In this document: positions 36,428 to 48,529 of the stretch, one piece after another
How the letters are laid out: each line of letters opens with the position of its first letter
How positions within the stretch are numbered: position 1 is the stretch's first letter
NCBI RefSeq assembly: GCF_032444005.1
Contig: NC_091283.1
Span: 24,800,001 to 24,864,000, forward strand
Direction of reading: 5' to 3'
DNA from: Ranitomeya imitator
Lineage: Eukaryota
Length of the DNA stretch: 64,000 bases
Notes under the pieces: generated by a model
Databases searched by the model: none
Told to the model about the DNA's origin: nothing
What the model saw: only the letters and a program-made list of their open reading frames with translations
Translations under genes and position numbers: made by a program

Positions 36428-38028
36428 CACTACTGTTCAAAAGTTTAGGGTCACTTAGAAATGTCCTTATTTTTGAAAGAAAAGCAGTTTTTTCCAACGA
36501 AGCTAATATTAAATCATTCAGAAATACACTCTATACATTGTTAATGTGGTAAATGACTATTTTAGCTGCAGACGTCTGGTTTGTAATGCAATATCTTCAT
36601 GGGTGTATAGAGGCTCATTTCCAACAACCATCACTCCAGTGTTCTTATGGTACTTTGTGTTTGCTAACTGTGTAAGAAGGCTAATGGAGGGTTAGAATAC
36701 TCTTGAAAACCCTTGTGCAAGTATGTTAGCACAGCTGAAAACAGTTTGGCTGATTAGAGAACCTATAAACCTGACTTTCCTTTGGAGAATCTGGAGCATA
36801 ACGTTTGTTGGTTCCATTAAACTCTCAAAATGGCCAGAAAAAAAGAACTTTCATGTGAAACTCGACAGTCTATTCTTGTTCTTAGAAATGAAAGCTATTC
36901 TATGTGAGAAATTGCCAAGAAACTGAAGATTTCCTACAACGGTGTGTCCTACTCCCTTCAGAGGAGAGCACAAACAGGCTCTAACCAGAGTAGAAAGAGA
37001 AGTGGGAGGCCCCGCTGCATAACTGAGCAACAAGACAAGTACATTAGAGTCTGAAGTTTGAGAAATCGACGGCTCACAGGTCCTCAACTGGCAGCTGCAT
37101 TAAATAGTACACGCTAAACACCAGTGTCAACGTCTACAGGGAAGAGGCGACTCCGGGATGCTGGCCTTCAGGGCAGAGTGCCAAAGAAAAAGCTATATCT
37201 GAGATTGGCTAATAAAAGGAAAAGATTAATATGGGCAAAAGAACACAGACATTGGACAGAGGAAGATTGGAAAAAAGTGTTATGGACAGACAGATCCAAG
37301 TTTGAAGTGTTTGGATCACACAGAAGAACATTTGTGAGATGCAGAACAGCTGAAAAGATGCTGGATGAGTGTGACGCCATCTGTCAAGCATGGTGGAGGT
37401 AATGTGATGGTCTGGGGTTGCTTTGGTGCTGGTAAAGTGGGAGATTTGTACAAGGTAAAAGGGATTTTGAATAAGGAAGGCTATCACTCCATTTTATAAT
37501 GCCATGCCATATCCTGTGGACAGTGCTTGATTGGAGCCAATTTCATCCTACAACAGGACAATGACCCAAAGCCACCTCCAAATTATGCAATAACTATTTA
37601 GGGAAGAAGCAGCAGCTGGTATCTATCTGTAATGGAGTGGCCAGCGCAGTCACCAGATCTCAGCCCCATTGACCTGTTGTGGGAGCAGCTTGACCGTATG
37701 GTGCCAAAAAAGTGCCCATCAACCAAACCAACTTGTGGGAGAGGCTTCTGGAAGCATGGGGGGAAATGTCTACAGATTATCTCAGCAAATTAACTGCTAG
37801 AATGCCAAAGGTCTGCAATGCTGGAATTGCTGCAAAGGAGCATTCTGTGACGAAAGCAAAGTTTGAAGGAGAAAATTATTATTTCAAAGAAAAATCTTTT
37901 TTTCGAACCTTGTCAATGTCCGGATGAGATTTTACATTCATTTGGCAACTCGTATGATTAATAAAAGTATGAGTTATCATGGAAAACACAAAATTGTCTA
38001 GGTGACCCTAAACTTTGGAACTGTAGTG
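36428..38028 (+). mobile_element. Degenerate Tc1-like transposon
   Basis: TA-flanked TIRs CACTACTGTTCAAAAGTTTAGGGTCAC / GTGACCCTAAACTTTGGAACTGTAGTG. Broken transposase (KRLIWAKEHRHWTEEDWKKVLWTD). Confidence 0.88.
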
Positions 38029-38034
38029 TATATA

Positions 38035-39638
38035 CAGTGGGGCAAAAAAGTATTTAGTCAGTCAGCAATAGTGCAAGTTCCACCACTTAAAAAGATGAGA
38101 GGCGTCTGTAATTTACATCATAGGTAGACCTCAACTATGGGAGACAAACTGAGAAAAAAAAAATCCAGAAAATCACATTGTCTGTTTTTTTAGCATTTTA
38201 TTTGCATATTATGGTGGAAAATAAGTATTTGGTCAGAAACAAAATTTAATCTCAATACTTTATAATATATCCTTTGTTGGCAATGACAGAGGTCAAACGT
38301 TTTCTGTAAGTCTTCACAAGGTTGCCACACACTGTTGTTGGTATGTTGGCCCATTCCTCCATGCAGATCTCCCCTAGAGCAGTGATGTTTTTGGCTTTTC
38401 GCTTGGCAACACTTTCAACTCCCTCCAAAGGTTTTCTATAGGGTTGAGATCTGGAGACTGGCTAGGCCACTCCAGGACCTTGAAATGCTTCTTACGAAGC
38501 CACTCCTTCGTTGCCCTGGCGGTGTGCTTTGGATCATTGTCATGTTGGAAGAGCCAGCCACGTTTCATCTTCAATGCCCTTGCTGATGGAAGGAGGTTTG
38601 CACTCAAAATCTCACGATACATGGCCCCATTCATTCTTTCATGTACCCGGATCAGTCGTCCTGGCCCCTTTGCAGAGAAACAGCCCCAAAGCATGATGTT
38701 TCCACCACCATGCTTTACAGTAGGTATGGTGTTTGATGGATGCAACTCAGTATTCTTTTTCCTCCAAACACGACAAGTTGTGTTTCTACCAAACAGTTCC
38801 AGTTTGGTTTCATCAGACCATAGGACATTCTCCCAAAACTCCTCTGGATCATCCAAATGCTCTCTAGCAAACTTCAGACGGGCCCGGACATGTACTGGCT
38901 TAAGCAGTGGGACACGTCTGGCACTGCAGGATCTGAGTCCATGGTGGCATAGTGTGTTACTTATGGTAGGCCTTGTTACATTGGTCCCAGCTCTCTGCAG
39001 TTCATTCACTAGGTCCCCCCGCGTGGTTCTGGGATTTTTGCTCACCGTTCTTGTGATCATTCTGACCCCAAGGGGTGGGATTTTGCGTGGAGCCCCAGAT
39101 CGAGGGAGATTATCAGTGGTCTTGTATGTCTTCCATTTTCTAATTATTGCTCCCACTGTTGATTTCTTCACTCCAAGCTGGTTGGCTATTGCAGATTCAG
39201 TCTTCCCAGCCTGGTGCAGGGCTACAATTTTGTTTCTGGTGTCCTTTGACAGCTCTTTGGTCTTCACCATAGTGGAGTTTGGAGTCAGACTGTTTTAGGG
39301 TGTGCACAGGTGTCTTTTTATACTGATAACAAGTTTAAACAGGTGCCATTACTACAGGTAATGAGTGGAGGAAAGAGGAGACTCTTAAAGAAGAAGTTAC
39401 AGGTCTGTGAGAGCCAGAAATCTTGATTGTTTGTTTCTGACCAAATACTTATTTTCCACCATAATATGCAAATAAATTGTTAAAAAAAACAGACAATGTG
39501 ATTTTCTGGATTTTTTTTTCTCAGTTTGTCTCCCATAGTTGAGGTCTACCTATGATGTAAATTACAGACGCCTCTCATCTTTTTAAGTGGTGGAACTTGC
39601 ACTATTGCTGACTGACTAAATACTTTTTTGCCCCACTG
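38035..39638 (-). mobile_element. Young Tc1 (IR/DR type, about 200-bp TIRs), 1604 bp
   Basis: TA|CAGTGGGGCAAAAAAGTATTTAGTCAG ... CTGACTAAATACTTTTTTGCCCCACTG|TA with near-identical long TIRs. Confidence 0.95.
38252..39270 (-). pseudogene. Tc1 transposase, DD34E intact, single small frameshifting deletion near 38412
   Basis: 298-aa [11 protein letters not shown]...WSDE...QHDND...SPDLNPIE. The alternate frame continues [12 protein letters not shown]...KGYIIKY* to 38252. Confidence 0.88.
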
Positions 39639-41615
39639 TATATCTGTATTTAATGTATGTATATATATATGGAAATTAAAGGGAGGAAATTCAAATATTT
39701 TTTTTAAATCTGCAGTTTTTTTTACATTTTGTGCATTTATTCATCTGTTTACTGTCAATGAATGTAGGTGAATATTTCACAGTAAAGTTATCAGAGCTCA
39801 TCCTGGGTCCTAACCGCCTCCCATCACCTTCATCCCGGAATCACGTCCTCCGCCTGTCACCTTCATCCTAGGGCCGCGTCCTATAATAATGCCATGTTCA
39901 GTGTCACAGCTGAGATCCGGTGCAGTGTGTCCGGTGCCCCAGCTGACAGCTCTCTATCCTATTCACTGTGCAGCAGAGCAGTGTGCTGTGCTCTCGTCCT
40001 CCACCTGTCACCCTGATCCCGGGGTCCCATCCTCCACCCGTCACCCTGATCCCGGGGTCCCATCCTCCACCCTCATCCCGTGGTCCCATCCTCCATCCGT
40101 CACCCTCATCCCGGGGTCCCGTCCTCCATCCGTCACCCTGATCCCGGGGTCCCGTCCTCCATCTGTCACCCTCATCCCGGGGTCCCGTCCTCCATCTGTC
40201 ACCCTCATCCCGGGGTCCCGTCCTCCATCCGTCACCCTCATCCCGGGGTCCCGTCCTCCATCCGTCACCCTGATCCCGGGGTCCCGTCCTCCATCCGTCA
40301 CCCTGATCCCGGGGTCCCGTCCTCCATCCGTCACCCTGATCCCGGGGTCCCGTCCTCCATCTGTCACCCTCATCCCGGGGTCCCATCCTCCATCCGTCAC
40401 CCTCATCCCGGGCTCCCGTCCTCCATCCGTCACCCTCATCCCAGGGTCCCATCCTCCATCCGTCACCCTCATCCCAGGGTCCCCTCCTCCGCCCCGTCAC
40501 CCTCATCCCGGGGTCCCCTCCTCCGCCCCATCACCATCATCCCGGGGTCCCGTCCTCCATCTGTCACCCTCATCCCGGGGTCCCATCCTCCATCCGTCAC
40601 CCTGATCCCGGGGTCCCGTCCTCCACCCGTCACCCTCATCCCGGGGTTCCGTCCTCCATCCGTCACCCTCATCCCGGGGTCCCATCCTCTGCCCCGTCAC
40701 CCTCATCCCGGGGTCCCATCCTCCATCCGTCACCCTCATGTCGGGGTCCCCTCCTCCACCCACTCACCCTCATCCCAGGGTCCCCTCCTCCGCCCCGTCA
40801 CCCTCATCCCGGGGTCCCGTCCTCCGCCCCCCTCACAACCATCCCGGGGTCCCGTCCTCCATCCCGGGGTCCCGTCCTCCATCTGTCACCCTCATCCCGG
40901 GGTCCCATCCTCCATCCGTCACCCTGATCCCGGGGTCCCGTCCTCCATCCGTCACCCTCATCCCGGGGTTCCGTCCTCCATCCGTCACCCTCATCCCGGG
41001 GTCCCGGCCTCCATCCGTCACCCTCATCCCAGGGTCCCATCCTCCATCCGTCACCCTCATCCCAGGGTCCCCTCCTCCGCCCCGTCACCCTCATCCCAGG
41101 GTCCCCTCCTCCGCCCCGTCACCCTCATCCCAGGGTCCCCTCCTCCGTCCTGTCACCATCATCCCGGGGTCCCGTCCTCCATCCGTCACCCTCATCCCAG
41201 GGTCCCGTCCTCCATCCGTCACCCTCATCCCGGGGTCCCATCCTCCGCCCCGTCACCCTCATCCCAAAGTCCCGTCCTCCATCCGTCACCCTCATCCCAG
41301 GGTCCCCTCCTCCGCCCCGTCACCCTCATCCCGGGGTCCCGTCCTCCGATCCCCTCACAACCATCCCGGGGTCCCGTCCTCCATCCGTCACCCTCATCCC
41401 AGGGTCTCGTCCTCCATCCGTCACTCTCATCCCGGGGTCCCGTCCTCCATCCGTCACCCTCATCCCGGGGTCCCCTCCTCCATCCGTCACCCCCATCCCG
41501 GGGTCCCGTCCTCCATCCGTCACCATCATCCCGGGGTCCGTCCTCCATCCGTCACCCTCATCCCGGGGTCCCCTCCTCCATCCGTCACCCCCATCCCGGG
41601 GTCCCGTCCTCCATC

Positions 41616-44615
41616 CAGGGCCAGCGTTTGGCACAGGCAGACGCCTGGGGCCCCCACCTAGAAAGGGGGCCTCCTACCTCTGCAGCCCCTGTATGAAGTG
41701 CCTAGAGGGTGTAGAGCAGTGGCGTCTCTCCCAAACCCCCCTTGAGACCCCCTCAGTGCTGTGATTTACTCATGTGCTCCCAGAGCTCTGTGCTGTTTGC
41801 TGTAGGATCAGGTTTCACAGTCACATACAGCAGCCATTGGCTCTGACCACAGTCACTGCTTGTAATCTGAAAGTGCGACCTGCTGTCACGACAGTCTGGA
41901 TGACACAAGGCAGTAATATTGTCTGCTGAATCAGGGTATTTATTATATAGAAATAAATGAATTCCCACGTGAAATAATAAGGGTAAACCATACACATATA
42001 GTACAGGTGTGCATAGGAATCAGCGTTTTTGGTGCATTTTTTTTTTGCAGCCAAAGCCTACTCTCTTGGTAGTAAAAACACTACCTTCAAAACACCCTTT
42101 TTTTTAGGGTATGTGCAGAGGATCTGGAAATGGCAGCACCTTGGACGCAGCGGACATGTGCTGCTGTCCAAAGTGCTGCCATCTTTTGAACACAGGTGAT
42201 TCCGCGTGTGTTCATTGATCTGTGCGGAATCACCGCGTCCTATACATTGCACGGGTGAGATTTCTCTTGTGGAGACTCGCGTCTACGCCAGATGAATTGG
42301 CATGCTGGGGTCTGGACAGACGCACCGCATGTCCGTCTCCGCAGGTGAGGTGCGGGTGTCAGTGCACGCATAGTAGAGATGGAATTTCTTGAAATCCCCT
42401 CCACTATACTGTAACATCTGGCCGCTGCGGGTTGGACGCTGCACAAGTACACAGCAGCCGACCCGCAGCGTTTACTGATTGCGGGCACACACCCTTAGAG
42501 CTTTTGCTGTTTGTTTTTTTACAGTATGGATTTTGTCTACAGTACATGTTTAATAAAGTTAGTGTTATTCACAAAAAACGCAGCAAAAAACAACATTGCA
42601 ACATTTGCAGCATGTTTTAAACCTTTTCATTGCTTTCTACGGGTGAAAATAATTGCTGAAAGTGACACGCTGCAGATTTAAAAAAAGGCTGCAGTTGTGA
42701 AATTCTGTCAGGGGAAATAAAAGGGTGTGCAGGAGATTTCTGAAAATCTCAGTTTTTGCTTGTGCTGTAAAATGCTGTAAACTTCTTATTTGCAGAAGAA
42801 AAAGCTGCAAACCTTCTGCATATGAACATGGCGAAAAGCTGCTTTCTAAAGTGCCAGCAAAACATAGGAGATTTCCGAAATCTCCTGCAGGCGCTTGTTT
42901 GTTTTCTGACTGGATTTCAGAACTGTAGCGCTTTTTAAATCCCCTCAGCTTTACCTGCAGATTTACCGCAGATTTATCGTGGAATTACCGCGGTTTTTGT
43001 GCAGTTTTCAACAGCGTTTTTACACCTGCGGATTCCTATTATGGAGCAGGTGTAAAACGCTGCGGAATCTGCTCAAAGAATTGACATGCTGCAGAAAATA
43101 CAACGCAGCGTTTCCGCGCGGTATTTTCCGCAGCATGTGCACTGCGGATTTTGTTTTCCAGACGTTTACATGGTGCTGTAAACTCATGGAAAACTGCTGC
43201 AGATCCGCAGCAAAATCCGCAACGTGTGCACATACCCTGAGAAACACGTCACCACTTCTGTAGTTCTCACCCTCCTGGTTTTGGCTTACATATGCTGATG
43301 TGAAATACTGACCAAACCCTCAACGTGTGAACGTGGCCTTAAACATACTGTAGACAAAACAAACATCCTCACTCCAAAAAAAAGCTGAAAAAAGTGGGAA
43401 GAACACCACAAAACAAGCGGAAAACAGGTGTTTTGAACGCAACATTTTTACTGCTAATAGAAAAGGTTTTGGCTACTGAAAAAAATGCTGCATGTGAACA
43501 TAGTCTTAGGCTGGTTTCACATTTGCGTTTTTTTGGGTGCGTTTTTGCGGTAAAAACCGCAAAAAACGCATGGTGAAAAAACGCATGTAAACGCATGCAA
43601 ACGCTGCGTTTTTTTGACGCATGCGTTTTTGTATGTGGTGTAAAAAACGCGGCGTTTTACCGCGTTTACATGCGTTTTTTCATGCGTTTGCGTTTTTTAA
43701 ACGCATGCTGAGAAATGTGTGACAGCTGCCAATCTTCAAAATAAAGTAAAAAACCCACTATAAACAGAAATAGTTAGGGTTAGGGATCATAACACTAACC
43801 CTAAAGGGATCCTAACCCTACCCCTAAGGGATCCTAACCCTACCCCTAACCCTACCCCTAACCATAAAGGGATTAGGGGTAGGGTTAGGATCCCTTAGGG
43901 TTAGGGTTAGGATCCCTTAGGGTTAGGGGTAGGGTTAGGATCCCTTTATCACCTTTACGTTGGGGGGTGGCATATTAGTGTGTTTTCAGGTTTTTTAATA
44001 AAAAAACGCATGCGTTTTTTACCGCAAAAAACGCATGCACCAAAAAACGCATGCGTCCCCATTGACTCCAATGTATTTTTTGACCAAAAAAAAAACGCAT
44101 GAAAACGCATGCGTTTTTTTTGGTCCCAAAAACGCTTCTAAAAATACTACAAGTAGCATTTTAGAAAAAAACGCATGCAGTAAAAAAACGCATGTGTTGC
44201 AAAACGCGACCAAACGCATACACAAAAAAAGCATGCGTTTTCAATGTTAAATATAGGAAAAAAAAACGCTGCAGACAAAAACGCAAGTGTGAAACCAGCC
44301 TTAGTCTGAAATGCTATGTCTATCTGTGGTGTTACATAGGACTGCAGGTGACATCTACTACATTATCTGTACTCAGAGTTATCACTGTTTTATCTGAAGA
44401 GTTAAAAAAAAATTAAGAGGGGGTTGGGAGCAACTCTTTGTCTTGGGTCCCCAATCTTTTCTGACCCTAGCAACGCCCCTGCGTACAGCTAATAGTGGCA
44501 GACCCGTTGGCCGATATAAGGCCCCTAAATATGGGGGCCACAGTGCAATGTTATCATTTGGGGCCCCCACTTTAAATTTTTGCCTAGGGCCCCACTTTGT
44601 CTAAAACCGGCCCTG
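41616..44615. mobile_element. 3.0-kb composite non-autonomous hAT-like element containing nested MITEs
   Basis: Termini CAGGGCC...GGCCCTG and 8-bp TSD CCTCCATC (41608-41615, 44616-44623) that repeats part of the unit out of array phase. No transposase seen. Confidence 0.75.
43509..44300. mobile_element. PIF/Harbinger MITE with internal telomere-like hexamers
   Basis: TTA|GGCTGGTTTCACA...GTGTGAAACCAGCC|TTA. TAACCC/GGGTTA-type units at about 43770-43945. Confidence 0.85.
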
Positions 44616-47600
44616 CCTCCATCCATCACCATCATCCCGGGGTCCGTCCTCCGCCCACTCACCCTCATCCCGGGGTCCCATCCTCCGCCCACTCACCCTC
44701 ATCCCGGGGTCCCGTCCTCCATCCGTCACCCTCATCCCGGGGTCCCGTCCTCCGCCCACTCACCCTCATCCCGGGGTCCGTCCTCCGCCCACTCACCCTC
44801 ATCCCGGGGTCCCGTCCTCCATCCGTCACCTTCATCCCGGGGTCCCGTCCTCCGCCCACTCACCCTCATCCCGGGGTCCCGTCCTCCGCCCACTCACCCT
44901 CATCCCAGGGTCCCGTCCTCCGCCCACTCACCCTCATCCCGGGGTCCGTCCTCCGCCCACTCACCCTCATCCCGGGGTCCCGTCCTCCGCCCACTCACCC
45001 TCATCCCAGGGTCCCGTCCTCCGCCCACTCACCCTCATCCCGGGGTCCCGTCCTCCATCCGTCACCCTCATCCCGGGGTCCCGTCCTCCATCCGTCACCC
45101 TCATCCCAGGGTCCGTCCTCCGCCCACTCACCCTCATCCCGGGGTCCCGTCCTCCGCCCACTCACCCTCATCCCGGGGTCCCGTCCTCCATCCGTCACCC
45201 TGATCCCGGGGTCCCGTCCTCCATCCGTCACCCTCATCCCGGGGTCCCGTCCTCCGCCCACTTACCCTCATCCCGGGGTCCCGTCCTCCGCCCACTCACC
45301 CTCATCCCGGGGTCCCGTCCTCCATCCGTCACCCTCATCCCGGGGTCCCATCCTCCATCCGTCACCCTCATCCCAGGGTCCGTCCTCCATCCGTCACCCT
45401 CATCCCGGGGTCCGTCCTCCGCCCACTCACCCTCATCCCGGGGTCCCGTCCTCCATCCGTCACCCTCATCCCGGGGTCCCGTCCTCCATCCGTCACCCTC
45501 ATCCCGGGGTCCGTTCTCCGCCCACTCACCCTCATCCCGGGGTCCCGTCCTCCATCCGTCACCCTCATCCCGGGGTCCGTCCTCCGCCCACTCACCCTCA
45601 TCCCGGGGTCCCGTCCTCCATCCGACACCCTCATCCCGGGGTCCGTCCTCCGCCCACTCACCCTCATCCCGGGGTCCCGTCCTCCGCCCACTCACCCTCA
45701 TCCCGGGGTCCCGTCCTCCATCCGTCACCCTCATCCCGGGGTCCCGTCCTCCATCCGTCACCCTCATCCCAGGGTCCGTCCTCCATCCGTCACCCTCATC
45801 CCGGGGTCCGTCCTCCGCCCACTCACCCTCATCCCGGGGTCCCGTCCTCCATCCGTCACCCTCATCCCGGGGTCCCGTCCTCCATCCGTCACCCTCATCC
45901 CGGGGTCCGTCCTCCGCCCACTCACCCTCATCCCGGGGTCCCGTCCTCCATCCGTCACCCTCATCCCGGGGTCCGTCCTCCGCCCACTCACCCTCATCCC
46001 GGGGTCCCGTCCTCCATCCGTCACCCTCATCCCAGGGTCCGTCCTCCGCCCACTCACCCTCATCCCGGGGTCCGTCCTCCGCCCACTCACCCTCATCCCG
46101 GGGTCCCGTCCTCCATCCGTCACCCTCATCCCAGGGTCCCGTCCTCCGCCCACTCACCCTCATCCCGGGGTCCCATCCTCCATCCCGGGGTCCCGTCCTC
46201 CATCCCGGGCTCCCGTCCTCCATCCCGGGGTCCCGTCCTCCATCCGTCACCCTCATCCCGTCCTCCATCCGTCACCCTCATCCCGGGGTCCCGTCCTCCG
46301 CCCACTCACCCTCATCCCGGGGTCCCGTCCTCCATCCGTCACCCTCATCCCGGGGTCCCGTCCTCCGCCCACTCACCCTCATCCCGGGGTCCCGTCCTCC
46401 GCCCACTCACCCTCATCCCAGGGTGCCGTCCTCCGCCCACTCACCCTCATCCCGGGGTCCGTCCTCCGCCCACTCACCCTCATCCCAGGGTCCCGTCCTC
46501 CGCCCACTCACCCTCATCCCGGGGTCCCGTCCTCCATCCGTCACCCTCATCCTGGGGTCCCGTCCTCCATCCGTCACCCTCATCCCGGGGTCCCGTCCTC
46601 CGCCCACTCACCCTCATCCCGGGGTCCCGTCCTCCGCCCACTCACCCTCATCCCGGGGTCCTGTCCTCCATCCGTCACCCTCATCCCGGGGTCCCGTCCT
46701 CCGCCCACTCACCCTCATCCCAGGGACCCGTCCTCCGCCCACTCACCCTCATCCCAGGGTCCCGTACTCCATCCGTCACCCTCATCCCGGGGTCCCGTCC
46801 TCCATCCGTCACCCTCATCCCAAGGTCCGTCCTCCATCCGTCACCCTCATCCCGGGGTCCGTCCTCCGCCCACTCACCCTCATCCCGGGGTCCCGTCCTC
46901 CATCCGTCACCCTCATCCCGGGGTCCGTCCTCCGCCCACTCACCCTCATCCCGGGGTCCCGTCCTCCGCCCACTCACCCTCATCCCGGGGTCCCGTCCTC
47001 CATCCGTCACCCTCATCCCGGGGTCCGTCCTCCGCCCACTCACCCTCATCCCGGGGTCCCGTCCTCCATCCGTCACCCTCATCCCGGGGTCCGTCCTCCC
47101 CCCCACTCACCCTCATCCCGGGGTCCCGTCCTCCATCCGTCACCCTCATCCCAGGGTCCGTCCTCCGCCCACTCACCCTCATCCCAGGGTCCGTCCTCCG
47201 CCCACTCACCCTCATCCCAGGGTCCCATCCTCCACCCGTCACCCTCATCCCGGGGTCCCGTCCTCCATCCGTCACCCTCATCCCGGGGTCCGTCCTCCGC
47301 CCACTCACCCTCATCCCGGGGTCCCATCCTCCGCCCACTCACCCTCATCCCGGGGTCCCGTCCTCCATCCGTCATCCTCATCCCGGGGTCCTGTCCTCCA
47401 TCCGTCACCCTCATCCCGGGGTCCTGTCCTCCATCCGTCACCCTCATCCCGGGGTCCCGTCCTCCATCCCGGGGTCCCGTCCTCCATCCGTCACCCTCAT
47501 CCTCCGCCCCGTCCTATAATAATGCCATGCAGTGTCACAGCTGAGATCCGGCGCAGTGTGTCCGGCGCCCCAGCTCTCTATCCCGTACACTGTGCAGCAG

Positions 47601-47728
47601 CGTGCTGTGAGCCGAGTACAAACCGCATCTGGCAGGAGCCGCACACGTGGATATGACCGTGTACACACCGCCCCGTGAACATCGCTGGGGAATACATCGG
47701 CGATACAGAACGCACATCTGCTTGCAGA

Positions 47729-47930
47729 ACTACAAGTCCCAGAAGTAACTCTGAGTCTATCCAGAAATACAGGGGGAAGAGAACCGACTGGAATTTGTAG
47801 TTCCCCACCAGGAGCGACGCTAAACCGCCTCCTCCTCACCTGCACCAACCCCGGGAGCAGCGACACAGGACCTGCGGTGACGTCATGGTCATGTGACAAG
47901 TCACAAGTGAGGGTGGAGTCAGAGCTGTGC
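47729..47930 (-). promoter_or_regulatory. Candidate promoter/first exon of the KRAB-ZNF gene
   Basis: ACTACAAGTCCCAGAA (47729-47744) and reverse ACTACAAATTCC (47790-47801), both ZNF143/SBS-like; CRE TGACGTCA at about 47878; donor CAG|GTGAG at 47840; CpG-rich. Confidence 0.55.
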
Positions 47931-48529
47931 GCGTCCCAGTGTAGCCGGGCCCAACACTTTTCTCCATAGAGCGATCGTTGTAACTTCCTGCAGTCACCAC
48001 TAGGGGGAGATTTATTATTCCTGAGCTGTTATCGCCAAGCTTCTATCCAGCTCCCCCTGGTGGCCGCTCCGTAGCTGCGCACCTTACTGTAGCTGCTTCT
48101 ATAAATGTGTAAGTATATAGCAATTGTCTGTCCTTATGCAGAAGAAAAAGTGGCTGCAGTGTAAAGCATGGAGGGCAGAACAGTGGTCTGAGCCTGTAGT
48201 GAAATTATTCATCTAAACTACCCCAGAAAAGCATCCATTTGCTCTTCATATGCACGACCAGCCTTATTTTCACCTTATGTTGTCCCTGGTGCTCACACAA
48301 TCTGGTCTCCCTGTCCAATTCTGATGTATGGCCATTATAGGGGGAGAAAAAATGTCCGACATTCAGGACCCCATATATGAGCCAAGTGCACTGCAGTAAA
48401 GATGTCCAAACAGATTAGATCACTACTGGCGCACGCACGCACGCACGCACGCACACACTTCTCACTGGGGAGCTCCGGCTACTTCAGGTAAACGTTTTCT
48501 CACCTCAGTGCTGGTTTCACAGCTACCAA

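Larger units (their letters stand above)
40005..47505. repeat. Large GC-rich 29/30-bp minisatellite (CATCCCGGGGTCCCGTCCTCCATCCGTCACCCT and variants): 40005-41615 and 44616-47505
   Basis: About 4.5 kb of tandem units with variant types (CCATCCGTC vs CGCCCACTC), split by a hAT insertion. Confidence 0.95.

Noticed and set aside
43770-43945. Opposed TTAGGG/CCCTAA tracts as an ancestral telomere fusion
   Set aside because: The tracts are short, degenerate and enclosed in a TIR/TTA-TSD Harbinger MITE.
39889-47656. Very long Pro/His/Arg-rich ORFs (1019 aa, 538 aa and others)
   Set aside because: They are stop-free translations of the 29/30-bp minisatellite in several frames on both strands, with no evidence of coding function.
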